DNA of 50,629 bases from Octopus bimaculoides (GCF_001194135.2 NC_068987.1:94332247-94382875), one strand, 5' to 3'. Counted from the stretch's first letter, positions 35,977 to 48,544 are shown. A program made the numbers and translations. The notes: generated by a model not told the origin, from the sequence alone.

Positions 35977-36865
35977 TATTTAAGGGTGAACAGAAAGTAG
36001 CCGGACTGTTGCTATAGTAACGAAGCTGAAGCGCGCAGACTGAAGCAGCTTGGCAAAAGTTGAATCTGAACTCTGCTGTGCATGCGCACTAAGTTTTAAC
36101 GTACTTGCTCACTTCCGCTGTTAATAACGATGCTTGGAAGGTGTATAGCGCCTTTCGTTGCATTGACCATGACAGAGAAAGTTATCATGGCGATACCTGC
36201 TCAGAAACCTACACAAAATTACAAAAAGTGTATGGAGAGGAGTGTATGAGCTGCAGACGAGTGGACAAGTGGTTCAGACGTTTCCAAGATGGCCAAAAAC
36301 ATCTCGATATTGACGAACGTTCTGGGAGACGTACAACCAGCAGAACTGAGAAAAACATCGCAGATGTGCGTGCAGCTGTGAGGGGCAATCGTCGAATCCG
36401 TAAGTTATCAGTTGATGTGCAGATTAGTTATGGTTCAGTTCAGTCCGTTATCACTGAAGATTTGGGTATGAGATGTGTGTCTGCCAAGTTTGTGCCAAAA
36501 CTGCTTTCAGCTGACCAAAAATACGCTCGAGTTTCAGTTGCACAAGACCTCCTTGGTTGTGCCGAGAACGATGAAAACATTTTGAAAACTTTGCGTGGGC
36601 CTATGAGCAGGTATTGCCAAGCTTTTGCCTAAATTTGATGCAGATTTTCTGCTCAACTTTCTCTGGTATTGCCAATGCGACTATCACACACGGCACACCT
36701 TCATTCCAAGCACTGCTGTAAACAGCGGAAGTGAGCTAGAACGTTAAAAGTTAGTGCGCATGCACAGCAGATTTTAAGGTCAATCTGTGCCAAGCAGCGT
36801 CACTGTGCGCGCTATAGCTTCGTTACTATGGCAACAGTCCGTATATTTATTGATCAGACCACGTA
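35977..36865. mobile_element. Palindromic mariner derivative built from two inverted 5' ends
   Basis: The + strand encodes the mariner N-terminal half (KWFRRF, RSGR, SAKFVPKLL) up to ENILKT. The - strand of 36586-36865 repeats the TIR, leader and (M)PEKVEQKICIKFRQKLGNTCS. Confidence 0.88.
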
Positions 36866-36969
36866 ATTGAGGGCTTGTACTTGTTCAAGAGTAGAATTGC
36901 AGATGCATCACATATAGTTTGTTTTCATGTAAACATTTTCGCATTTACTATCATCTATTATCATTTTTT

Positions 36970-37022
36970 GTAGTAGTAGTAGTAGTAGTAGTAGCAGCAG
37001 CAGCAGCAGCAGCAGCAGCAGC
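36970..37022. repeat. (GTA)n-(GCA)n compound trinucleotide
   Basis: Directly visible. Confidence 0.95.
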
Positions 37023-37994
37023 TATCTATTTGTTATACATTACTTTCTTTCTTCAGTAATCCAGTTATTTATCAATTTGTTTAGTTACGTATTTACACAT
37101 CGCTCGCAATATCTGCAACAGTCGAAAGCTAAAACGATGCAAAGCGCATTGTGAACAGCGATATATAACATCTGATAGTCTGTTCGATCACATGATATAT
37201 TTTACCGATTTAAATACTAATGTGTATGTATAAATCCTATGTGTTTGTGTGTGTGTGTATGTGTTTGTGTGTGTGTGTATGTGTTTGTGTGTGTGTATGT
37301 GTTTTCACATGGAACGAAGGCGGGGAAGTGATGTTCCATCTCTCTAGATCGATCGATCGATCGACCTTTGACGTCATTTCGTCGTGAAGAAATGATTTTA
37401 ATTTATGAATTGAATTTGTTCCAAAAGTATGAAATTCAAAGAAATATTCTAAACATTGTAACTCCGTTTACAGAGTTAAGATATTTACTCACACACACAC
37501 ATACATACACACACACTTTTCAGGATGATGGGCTAAATTCTAAAAATTGTTTTGTGTTGGAAGGGTTGTTCCTTGTTAACCTCTACGCAGATATGCGATA
37601 CAGTTTTTATTATTAATTTTTAATTTTCTAGTTGTTGTTTTAATAGCCAAAGGTCGAGAGATAGAGAGAGAGCAAGCAACTGGTTTGGTTGAGATAAATA
37701 ACAATCTGTTAAAAGACATGTGCTGTTGACTTGATGAAGTTGTTTATAACTCGACAAACATCCTTTCCTCAGGAAGTTGTCGGTTTGGTCACCCGGGGTT
37801 GGGGAGGGGCGGAGTTATATTGGGGGACTAGTGGGGATGGTGACGGGGGGATAGTGGTGGTGATGTCAATAACGGTTGGACGATGGTGGTGATGAAGAGG
37901 CAATAGTAACTGTCATTGTAGTTATTTTACATAGGTCAGACTTGAACAGCCTTATGAACAAAGGCGTTCCAGAGGTGAACACCCTGTCTTTCAC

Positions 37995-38242
37995 AAACAG
38001 CTTTGTAGTAAGAAGCTTGCTTCCCAGCCTTGTGGTTTCGAATTCGTGTGTGTGTGTATGTGTTCATGTTTGTGTTTGTTCCCTTACTCCGCTTGACAAC
38101 GGATATTGGTTTGTTCCCGTAACTTAGTGGCTCGGCAAAAACAATTGATGGAATAAGTCTTGGGGACGATTCATTCAACTAAACCGTTCAAGGCAGTGCC
38201 CCCGCATGGCCAAAACCTAATGACTGAAACATGCAAAACTAA
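37995..38242 (+). mobile_element. Family-1 SINE, internally deleted
   Basis: GTAGTAAGAAGCTTGCTTCCCA head, then CGCTTGACAAC...CCCGTAACTTAGTGGCTCGGCAAA...GCATGGCC...ATGACTGAAAC. Confidence 0.8.
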
Positions 38243-39124
38243 ACAAGTCTACATAAATCACAGTCTTTTGTTTTTTAGATATTGGAGTAACATTTTGAAG
38301 GAAATTTAGCTGCTATATCCAGCAGATCGGCCGAACACTCAATGACACTTTATGGATTCGTATATGTGATAGTGTATATTTTTGTGAGGCAGACAGACAA
38401 TTGTTAATATCATTCTTGTACGACTTACGACTGCAAGAGGAACAGCCCAACTGAAACAATCTCCAGGCAAGATTGCGCCCAAAACCTTCTGCCTTGTCCG
38501 CATCTGTACACAGGAGACTCTCTTAAGCTACACAGTGGAAGACTTTTATTAAAATCAAAAATGTTGTCTTCAGCCGCTTATTTTAATTGAAAAAGCCGTG
38601 TCTCAAAATGATCGAAATAAGCGACTTCCATAGCATTCTACATCGGTTTGAAGAAACTGGAAAAAGAATTTTGGTTTTCTTTCTTTGAAATGGAAAAAGG
38701 GAAAATGGAAATAATAATCACACGCAAAGATTCTTTTTCACTTCTTCATATTTCATTAATATCTTCGTTAATTATGTAACCAATTAACTAGTCGCTTGTT
38801 TGATTATCGTTCGGTCAATCATCATTTAGGTTTGTCCATGTCATTTCGTCACCATTCGCCACTTCATCGATGACAGGCTCCTCTCTGTCCTAGGTCTGGT
38901 CTAAGTCTGTCTAATATTATTAATGTCTATTATTGATCTAATGTCCTAACCGAGATACAACAAAATCTGCTTCAATATACGAAATCGCAACAAGAATCTT
39001 GAAAACCTAATTAATATAACAACGGGTAACAGAAAATGGCGCATAACATCAGATTCCTAAATGGGGGTGGGGGATACTGCTGTATATCAGTGTGACCATT
39101 GATGGACAGACGTGCAAGTATGAG

Positions 39125-39195
<71 letters not shown>

Positions 39196-39196
39196 G

Positions 39197-39227
<31 letters not shown>

Positions 39228-40532
39228 GCAGATGTGTGCATGCATTCGTATATGAGTACAAATATACATGTGTACATATATGCCTACATGTTAGGTATGT
39301 GTGTGCACGTATGCGCATTTGTGATTGGATCTAAACCCAATTTTCTTGGAAAGCTAAATATGCTTAATGTAATATAAGTATAGTATAGTATAATATATTA
39401 TAATATAATGTGTGTAGTGTTGGGTAATCAACTAATAAAAGGAAGATGGTTACCTCCTGCACGAGGGTAGTTTATGAATTTGTCGTACACCCCCCGATGC
39501 ACAGAGTCTAAGGAGGTTTTGCTGTTGGACACTTCTTCGTGAGGTTTTCTTATGGGTTTGAGCTTAAACTATTCTTCAAAGTAAAACTATTTCACATTAC
39601 TTCATACGTTGGCTGATATAATGTAGAAGGGAGTGGGATAAAGGGCCGCCATGTTCTGTACGTATTAAAATGTTGATAAGGGGACGTGACAATGTTTAAA
39701 TCTGAGAACTCAGAAGGTTTGAAAGAAATGAAACAAAGTAAGGAGAAATTGGTTGAGAGAAGTCATTTTCCTTTTTGTTCTCAGTAACTTGTGCTACCCA
39801 GTTTGTTTGTTTTTTAACTATAAACAAAACATTCAATCTTCACAGAAAGTCTAATGTTGCATCATTTTGGTGTGTGAGGCCAAAGGTGAAAGAGTTATCC
39901 GCTGGGAGTGGAGAGGAATAAGAGCTAGAAATGTATAGTGTTATTTCTAAATAACGATATCCGGTTATCGTTGTACGTGAAAAACTGAAGAAACATTTTT
40001 AGCAAGTATTTCTTTAACAACAGATCCGCTTCCAAACACTGGTCACCATCATTTTGTCCCATCTGAGCAGAAAATATACATTTTTGGAAGACAACAAGCA
40101 TAGATGACTTACTTCTCCCAACCAAGAAAAATAAGTTTTACTAAGATTTGTGGGTGAGGTGTCTTGCTGATTGTAAAGAGATAGAGACTGTATCCATGAC
40201 GTTGGCAGGCCCTGTGACACTGCTGCCAGTCGCTGTTTGTCCTTCATAACACCCAATGAGCTCTCATTGAACAGACCTGAAGATTAAAAGCCTTCTAAAC
40301 ATTCACATTTTGTCGTTCCAGATATAATGTTCTTTATACTGTATCATCTAACGCGTCATTGTTTATGATACGGAGTGATCTGAGGAGAAATGGTTATTTC
40401 TAGGATGTCGAGTTTCATGCCATTCTTCTTAGCATTATGGTCTGTCCAAATCCCAAATCAACAAACTTACTATGGAAACTATTCCAGCCGTGACCTTCCT
40501 GTCTTTTCAACCTACATAAGTGTGTATATTCT

Positions 40533-40888
40533 TTTCTTTTATTCTTTTACTTGTTTCAGTCGTGTGACTGTGGCCATACTGGAATAACGTCTTTAGTCGA
40601 AGAAATCGATCACAGGACTTATTCTATGGAACCCTTTTGCCGAACCGCTAGGTTACGGGAACGTAAATACACCAACATCGGTTTCAAGCGCTGGTGGAGG
40701 GACAAACACAGACACAGACACACATATATACATATATACGACGGGCTTCTTTCAGTTTCCGACTACCAAATCTACTCACAAGGTTTTGGTCGGTCTGAGG
40801 CTATAGTAGAAGACACATGCCCAAGGTGCCGCGCAGTGGGACTGAACCCGGAACCATGTCGTTGGGAAACAAGCCTCTTACCATACAG

Positions 40889-40890
<2 letters not shown>
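40533..40890 (-). mobile_element. Near full-length family-1 SINE
   Basis: Collinear reverse complement of 6251-6830, including the B box (GGTTCCGGGTTCAGTCCCAC). Confidence 0.9.
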
Positions 40891-40938
<48 letters not shown>

Positions 40939-40959
40939 TTATTTATTTATTTATTTATT

Positions 40960-41275
40960 TTTCAAAATTAAGATAAAGAAAGTTCTTTTTTAATCTACAA
41001 TATACTCTCCTTCATTTCTACAATGCTCTTCAATCTATCTGGGAGACTTGCAAGGCGCCTCTTCCAGAATTCACTTGTCCGTGACGAAAAAGTACTCCTC
41101 CAGTATTGTTCTCACTTCATCTACAGAATTCGTATCCATTTCCGTCCAAAAATTTTGAAGACTGCGGAATAAATAATAATCAGACGGGGTAATGTCCAGC
41201 AAATATGGTGCGTAAGGCATCGTTTCCTGTTCGAAATGCTCCAGCCTTTGGAATGTCATCCTCGCAATATACCTA
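40960..41275 (-). mobile_element. Mariner transposase C-terminal fragment
   Basis: PYAPYLLDITPSDYYLFRSLQNF corresponds to the YSPDLAPSDY motif. Confidence 0.85.
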
Positions 41276-41409
41276 CCAAAGATTTGCGAGCGGTTTTAGT
41301 AGCAGAAACTGAAAGCAAGTTTGTGTGTAAGTGTGTGTATGTAGAAGGAGGTACCCTAAAGTAACTAGAAACGTTCTTTGTGGGACAAGCTCGTTGTAGT
41401 TTAGGCTCT

Positions 41410-41429
41410 CTCTGCTCAATCTATCTATC

Positions 41430-41460
<31 letters not shown>

Positions 41461-41590
41461 CTATATAAATAATCAAAATAAGCAACAAGGATATCCAAAG
41501 TTAATGCAGTACGATCATTTCATGCGACTCCATTTATTTAAGCAATGTGAAAATTACAGCAAATGTAAAATGCAGAGCAATTCTCTGCTG
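41410..41590. mobile_element. Single arm of the foldback family at 48228-48544, with (CTAT)n extension
   Basis: Near-identical to the reverse complement of 48440-48580. Confidence 0.88.
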
Positions 41591-41699
41591 TTGTTATTTT
41601 CTTGTTCTTTGTATTCGTAACTGTGTACCATGTTTTCCGTTTTTTGTCTTTTTGCGTACCTAGTTCTCCTTTTTTATTTTCTTTGTTACTGTACATATT

Positions 41700-41945
41700 C
41701 GCTAGCTTTCTTACAAAGGGGTCTAATGCTCTTAGCTTAGACTTTTTGTGGGGCAACCAGATCGAACCGCCCGAAGTGTAGCTGCTCGAAAGGGTCGTGA
41801 TTTCTGGTACTTGACTGAGGAAAGAAGCCACGAATGACCCGTCTTTGTTTGCCTGTCCTAATTGTTGTTTCTTTTGTCCGACTTTGTGTCGTCTATCTGT
41901 CCCGAACGTTTTAATGCCCTCTATTGAATTTTTGTTCCATTCATA
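41700..41945 (+). mobile_element. Structured dispersed repeat, copy B
   Basis: Hairpin 41713-41749, stems GGGCAAC/GCTGCTC and CAGATC/GATTTCTG, GAAA at 41788, CTGAGGA at 41815; ends in (TA)n. Confidence 0.45.
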
Positions 41946-43193
41946 TATATATATATATATATATGTATTATTCATTTAAAATGCAGAGATGCCTATAATA
42001 GGACATCTACTCGCTAGAAATAGCAGCAAAAAAACTACATACCACAAAAATTAGGGATAATTTCGAAAGGAAATGAAAAATAAAAACTTTTACCAATCTA
42101 TATTCTGTACCATGGTTTCAAGTCAATTTTAGTAAGATAAAGATTATATATCTTACAAGGTCGGACTATCGTCAGCAGAAATTACCAGACAACATATGAA
42201 GCACGAGTCAATAAGCAGCATGGTTCGTGTTCCTATGTCTAATTTTTCAAAATATACCGCGTATTTGCGGTTTACCTAATCGGCAGCAAATNNNNNNNNN
42301 NNNNNNNNNNNNNNNNNNNNNNNNNNNNNNNNNNNNNNNNNNNNNNNNNNNNNNNNNNNNNNNNNNNNNNNNNNNNNNNNNNNNNNNNNNNNNNNNNNNN
42401 NNNNNNNNNNNNNNNNNNNNNNNNNNNNNNNNNNNNNNNNNNNNNNNNNNNNNNNNNNNNNNNNNNNNNNNNNNNNNNNNNNNNNNNNNNNNNNNNNNNN
42501 NNNNNNNNNNNNNNNNNNNNNNNNNNNNNNNNNNNNNNNNNNNNNNNNNNNNNNNNNNNNNNNNNNNNNNNNNNNNNNNNNNNNNNNNNNNNNNNNNNNN
42601 NNNNNNNNNNNNNNNNNNNNNNNNNNNNNNNNNNNNNNNNNNNNNNNNNNNNNNNNNNNNNNNNNNNNNNNNNNNNNNNNNNNNNNNNNNNNNNNNNNNN
42701 NNNNNNNNNNNNNNNNNNNNNNNNNNNNNNNNNNNNNNNNNNNNNNNNNNNNNNNNNNNNNNNNNNNNNNNNNNNNNNNNNNNNNNNNNNNNNNNNNNNN
42801 NNNNNNNNNNNNNNNNNNNNNNNNNNNNNNNNNNNNNNNNNNNNNNNNNNNNNNNNNNNNNNNNNNNNNNNNNNNNNNNNNNNNNNNNNNNNNNNNNNNN
42901 NNNNNNNNNNNNNNNNNNNNNNNNNNNNNNNNNNNNNNNNNNNNNNNNNNNNNNNNNNNNNNNNNNNNNNNNNNNNNNNNNNNNNNNNNNNNNNNNNNNN
43001 NNNNNNNNNNNNNNNNNNNNNNNNNNNNNNNNNNNNNNNNNAGAGAGGAGGAGAGATAGGGAGAGAGAGATGGAGAAGCAGTTTAGGCTGACATTCAGAG
43101 AAGATACAGAAATGTTTACAGAGTAAACGGCAGACATATATATCGAAAACTAGATAGACAAGTGCAAAATGAACAACATGGAAGAGTATAAAG

Positions 43194-43249
<56 letters not shown>

Positions 43250-44259
43250 ATAAATAAATAGTGATAAACAGAATGATAGAGACGAAAAGGCATCTAAACA
43301 AAGGTGGACTAAGTAACAGACAGACTGACAGACGGACATATTAGGAGAGAGAGGAACGTGTACCTTTTGATCCAGGCAAGGCGACTTGTAGAAGGAGACA
43401 TAAACACACACACATATATATATAGAGAGAGAGGGGGGAGCTGGTGACTGATAGATATACAGACAGAAGGGACTGACAGAGCGAGGAAGAGATAAACATT
43501 GATAAAATTTACAACCATCTTAACCAAGCAATATTGACAGATACATGAGCGGAAAACAAGAACTCCAGTAACAGGGAAGAGATGGGGAGGCTGTTCAATC
43601 TAAACTGATAACTTTTAGAGTATTTACTTTAATCACTCTACGCTCCAAGATCTGATCGTGTTGAAGGCGTATCTATAGTATTTGATTATTTATGCTGTTG
43701 TACCTAGAAGGTAGTGTTGGTCAATCTGAAGCCATTTGGAGCAAAATTCATCTCTTTTCCCTAAGGCCAGTATGTCTAGCAACTCCAGCCTCTAAGCAAC
43801 AAAAGAATTTGAAATGTGCAGCAAGCTACCAAAATAACTGATCCTTGCTGCATTGTTACCGAAATGTTTCTACTTAAAACTACGAATTCAATGTGACCTG
43901 TTGTAAATATTTTCATTGAAATAGACTGGACAATTCACAAGTTCCCCAAGTTCCAAAGACAGTTTACCAACCAACAACAGCTCACTTGATTATCATTATC
44001 CTATACACACGGCACATTCAAAATATTGCGAGTAGCAATAGTAGTATATTCCGTATATTTTTACATGTTTCAAATAACCTCAAATATATTTTAAATCGTT
44101 CTGTAGAGGCAAATCTTCAATTTTGTCAATTATATGTAGCAGTTTCGCTAATGGAAAATTTACCTTTGACATCGGTTTCAGTGTCTTTTTCATTCTCAGT
44201 CAATCCACATTTTCGACATTATGCTGATTTTCAACTTTAAAAGAGAGGTATTTTGTACC

Positions 44260-44440
44260 TTGAGCAATCTCCGTGGCCTTTGTCTTCTGTCGGGTCAATC
44301 CTTATCCAGTTGTATTCGCAACTTCATTCAAGTAGCGAGTCACCTCTTGTAGATTGTTTTTAGATTCCACCAACTATACAATATCGTCCAGTGATACAGC
44401 ACGGCTCAAGTCTCTGGATATTAAAACTGTTGACTGATAA
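44260..44440 (-). mobile_element. RTE-like reverse transcriptase remnant
   Basis: LDDIV*LVESKNNLQEV...LNEVANTTG*GLTRQKTK resembles YADDIVL...LQ...GLxINxxKTK. Confidence 0.5.
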
Positions 44441-46183
44441 AGTGGCAAAGCTGATATTTCGTTCATTAATTGGTCATTATTCAATTCATTTATTTTCGAA
44501 ACCGTCCCGAGTTGACTGATTCACTCGACTATATTTCTCCTTAAAAGGACCGTGAAGAAATGGAAAATTAAGTAACAACAAGGTGAAATATGACAGCCTC
44601 TAAATTAGATTTTCCTCACCCCCACCATATCTCAAACATACTTCTTCCTCCTCCTCCTCCTCCACGCTTTATATTTCTTCCATTATCACTAATCTACTTT
44701 TATATTTCCTTTGTATAGTTTTTCTTTCTCTACTTTTTTTCCTTTTGTAGCCTCTCATTCTTCTCCCACCCTTTCTCTCACTCTCTCTCCATCGTTATCT
44801 TCCTGAAATGTTTTGCTTTTTTTTTTATCTTTTATGGTTTCATTTGTACATGGGTGTGTACATGTTTGTGCGTATATTTAATTTGTCTCAATTCTTCAAA
44901 TAAATAATTATTTCGTATCAAAGAAACAAAATTCTGTACTGAAAATTTAAATGATAATTAAAGTATTGAGTTATATCTTGAATTTCAGAAAGTCTTATAT
45001 ATCCACATTGTTCCTCTTACAGACTGGATTTGTTGGTTACGAGTATGTCAGTTTCTAAATTCTGAAAACTCCAGATTTTCCACAACCAAGTACACTAACA
45101 GCTATGAGAACATCTTTAAATTTATCTGTCAACGAAAATTAGAATTTCGAAGCAGTTGACTTGTATTTAGTAGATATCTCCTGGATCTGGATTAAGAAAA
45201 CCTAAATCTAGTGTGATCTGATGGAACTATTCAGACTTATGTGATTTAATTATTGCACGACTAAAAGAAATGTTAACATCTTGTGGATGTCAGCGTCATT
45301 CTAATGTTTGTCAGGAAACATATCGACGAATTCATCACTTAATTGTTGATATTCGAAAATCCTCCTCACGTCTTAGTTGAGATCAGCCATTTTGTATGCG
45401 GTTACATGGAACATCAAGAACAGAGTTCAGCGTACTTTGTAGAGTCTACATCCAACCTGTGAAACGTTGCTCTCATTAATTTGAAGAACTTGGTCGACGC
45501 ATTTGATTTTGCTGTGATTTCTGAAAAGTTGTCTGAGTAACGTAGCTGTTTATACACACACACACACACATTTGTTAATGCGGGTGTGGATGTGTGCGGA
45601 TCTATAGTTGTATGTGTTTATATTTCTGTTGACATATGGCAGCCAGCCAGTGGTACTTCAACTATTGTCAACGATGTTATGGTCCAACAGAAATGCTTGG
45701 ATCTACTTAACTTTTCTGTTCTTTAACCTTATCATTAACTTGATCTCATATTTGGCGCTCTACTGCCCCTCTTTCATCTACCGTCTGGCACCGATTTTCT
45801 TTTATCTGTCTTTGTCCTTCTTTCCTTATTATTTTCCATATTTCCTTCCTTCCTTTCTTTCTTTCTTTCCATTCACTTTCTTTCTCTTGTTATTCTCTGC
45901 GATGGCGGTTTATTGCCTGATTAATCACTTATGTCCCCCCCTTCCATTTCCTCTTATATCTCAATTCACACCCTAACCCTCACCCTATCTCCACCAAGAT
46001 ATCCTTGTCTCTTTATTTCTTTTGATTCCTCCTTTCTTTCTGCCGAAGTTCCTGCGATTATCTGCAATTATAACAATTTTTTTGTTTACCTTCATTTTTC
46101 GAAATGTTGACTGAGGTACAACTCCAAACGTGCTTCGTAAACGCATTCTACATATTAAGTTTTGGTTTTGTAGTTATAACAGT

Positions 46184-46227
<44 letters not shown>

Positions 46228-46662
46228 NNNNNNNNNNNNNNNNNNNNNNNNNNNNNNNNNNNNNNNNNNNNNNNNNNNNNNNNNNNNNNNNNNNNNNNNN
46301 NNNNNNNNNNNNNNNNNNNNNNNNNNNNNNNNNNNNNNNNNNNNNNNNNNNNNNNNNNNNNNNNNNNNNNNNNNNNNNNNNNNNNNNNNNNNNNNNNNNN
46401 NNNNNNNNNNNNNNNNNNNNNNNNNNNNNNNNNNNNNNNNNNNNNNNNNNNNNNNNNNNNNNNNNNNNNNNNNNNNNNNNNNNNNNNNNNNNNNNNNNNN
46501 NNNNNNNNNNNNNNNNNNNNNNNNNNNNNNNNNNNNNNNNNNNNNNNNNNNNNNNNNNNNNNNNNNNNNNNNNNNNNNNNNNNNNNNNNNNNNNNNNNNN
46601 NNNNNNNNNNNNNNNNNNNNNNNNNNNNNNNNNNNNNNNNNNNNNNNNNNNNNNNNNNNNNN

Positions 46663-46697
<35 letters not shown>

Positions 46698-46701
<4 letters not shown>

Positions 46702-46741
46702 TGCATGCATGCATGCATGCATGCATGCATGCATGCATGCA
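46698..46741. repeat. (GCAT)n self-complementary tetranucleotide following (CA)n
   Basis: Directly visible. Confidence 0.95.
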
Positions 46742-46782
46742 CAGAAATATACAAACTTTGATACTTTGGTAGGTTTTGGCCA

Positions 46783-47160
46783 GTATTGGCCCAGGCCATG
46801 TCTACTTTAATAGCACCACCTGGCAAAGTCATTCAAATCAGGAATCGGACAACATGGCCCACTCGAGGAGAGAGTTATTGTTTATGGAGACATAACCAAA
46901 TGTAACAAATTTATACGGGATTTTTTTAAGGAACTTGTCCAAAGACTTCTTGAACTTTATGGGGTCTGCTTGTTTCGTGTAGGGAGACCACAGTGGACAA
47001 CAGTATTCAAGGTGGAATCGGGCAAAAGTAGAGAAGTGGAGGATATTGATGTGGATATCTTTCGACTGGAAAGTTCTGAGAATCCAAGAAAACATTCTGC
47101 GGGCAGCGTCAACTTTGCTGTTCATTTGAGAGGCCCAGCTTATTTTGTTGTCTACAATCA
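46783..47160 (-). mobile_element. Short CR1 LINE 3' copy with an internal deletion
   Basis: VDNKISWASQMNSKVD...HLEYCCPLWSPY is joined directly to KFKKSLDKFL...NNNSLLEWA, with the same 3' UTR as the 8.1 kb copy. Confidence 0.88.
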
Positions 47161-47949
47161 CTGGACATGTCTATATTCATTCCTCTCTTAAGGCTATTCT
47201 CGAAGACCAGCCACGCAACTGTGTACACAGATCAAATGTTTGCTTACCATTTATATTTGAAATATTGACTGAAGAAATTATTATGTAAAGGTTATCTAAC
47301 ATAACTGCAAGAAACACATATACTAAATATATTCAAGATATCAACATTTGTTTTGATGGTTGCAATTCAATTTCGAGCTATATCATCGCTTGGATTTTCT
47401 TTGAAAGATGAGCAGCACAAGTGTGATTAGTCAGTCCTACTGCGGACTTAGCCTTTTTGAACAGATCTCCTCTTGCAGCAGGTGTTAAAAGTGCTTATTA
47501 CACATGCTTAAACATACTTTCAGCGATAGTTGATTTTCTTTTTTGTTAACGTCTCCCGGCAACAATCACCCATGGCACGCAACACGTAAGAGAGAAGAAT
47601 AAAAACCGACCAATCAAATTGCCAACCTCACTCTCCCTCGGTGTCCGAAGAACAATAACGAATACGTACATGGGCACACACGCATGCAAAGGCATACACA
47701 TTCGTGTCTCCACACACACAAACTCAGACACTCACTCAAACAGACACACACATATATACGAACATATAATCAAAACACTTAACTGTGTGCTCTTGAAGAC
47801 ATATTACTTCCCTCTCTCGTTGCTGTCATCTTTCTTTTCCTCACGTGACCATCTTTTCCTGCACGGACTTCAAAGGGCTAGACGTTGTCTTTCTCTCTCT
47901 TCTCTCTTTTCTCTTTTCAACGAAAATATTTCTCCTAGCGTTCACTATT

Positions 47950-48200
47950 TTCCTCTCGTTCTGGTCTAACAACCCTCCATGTTAGTTTTCGTTCGCTTCC
48001 TTTTTTTCGTTCGCTTTCCTCCACTGCCCTGTTTTTGTTCCCAACTTTGACCCTCTATAAATCCTAAATTTGATTTTAGAATTTATGGGAGCAACTGTCT
48101 CCGAAGACTTCTATTGTCTTTGAATGCTCGAAATGAGGAGTAGATAGATAACCGACAACTGATGAAGGATCCTTTCTCTGTGTTTACTTGTCCTATTATC
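47950..48200 (+). mobile_element. Structured dispersed repeat, copy C
   Basis: Hairpin 48057-48086, stems GAGCA/TGCTC and CTGTCT-CC/GG-AGT-AGATAG, GAAA at 48130, CTGATGA at 48159. Confidence 0.5.
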
Positions 48201-48227
48201 TATACAATTCCAAAATAAGGTGATTAA

Positions 48228-48544
48228 AATCAAAATAAGCAATAAGGATATCCAAACTTAATGCTGTACGATCGTTTCATACGACTCCATTTATTTAAGC
48301 AATGTGAACATTACGTCAAATGTAAAATGCAGAGTAATCCTCGGCTGCACAAAGATGTAGAAATTTACTATAAATTTACTGATATTTACTGTAGAAATTT
48401 ACAGTAAATTTCTATATCTTTGTGCAACTGAGGATTGCTCTGCATTTTACATTTGATGTAATTTTCACATTGCTTAAATAAATGGAGTCGCATGAAACGA
48501 TCGTACTGCATTAACTTTGGATATCCTTGTTGCTTGTTTTGATT
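48228..48544. mobile_element. ~317-bp near-perfect foldback (palindromic) element
   Basis: The left arm AATCAAAATAAGC...TAGAAATTTACT pairs with the right arm AGTAAATTTCTA...TTTTGATT, with scattered mismatches and a short ATTTACT-repeat centre. Confidence 0.9.

Noticed and set aside
37752-37782. Minus-strand CTGAGGA within a CGACAA/TTGTCG hairpin as a hammerhead
   Set aside because: No GAAA box follows; it is a simple hairpin.
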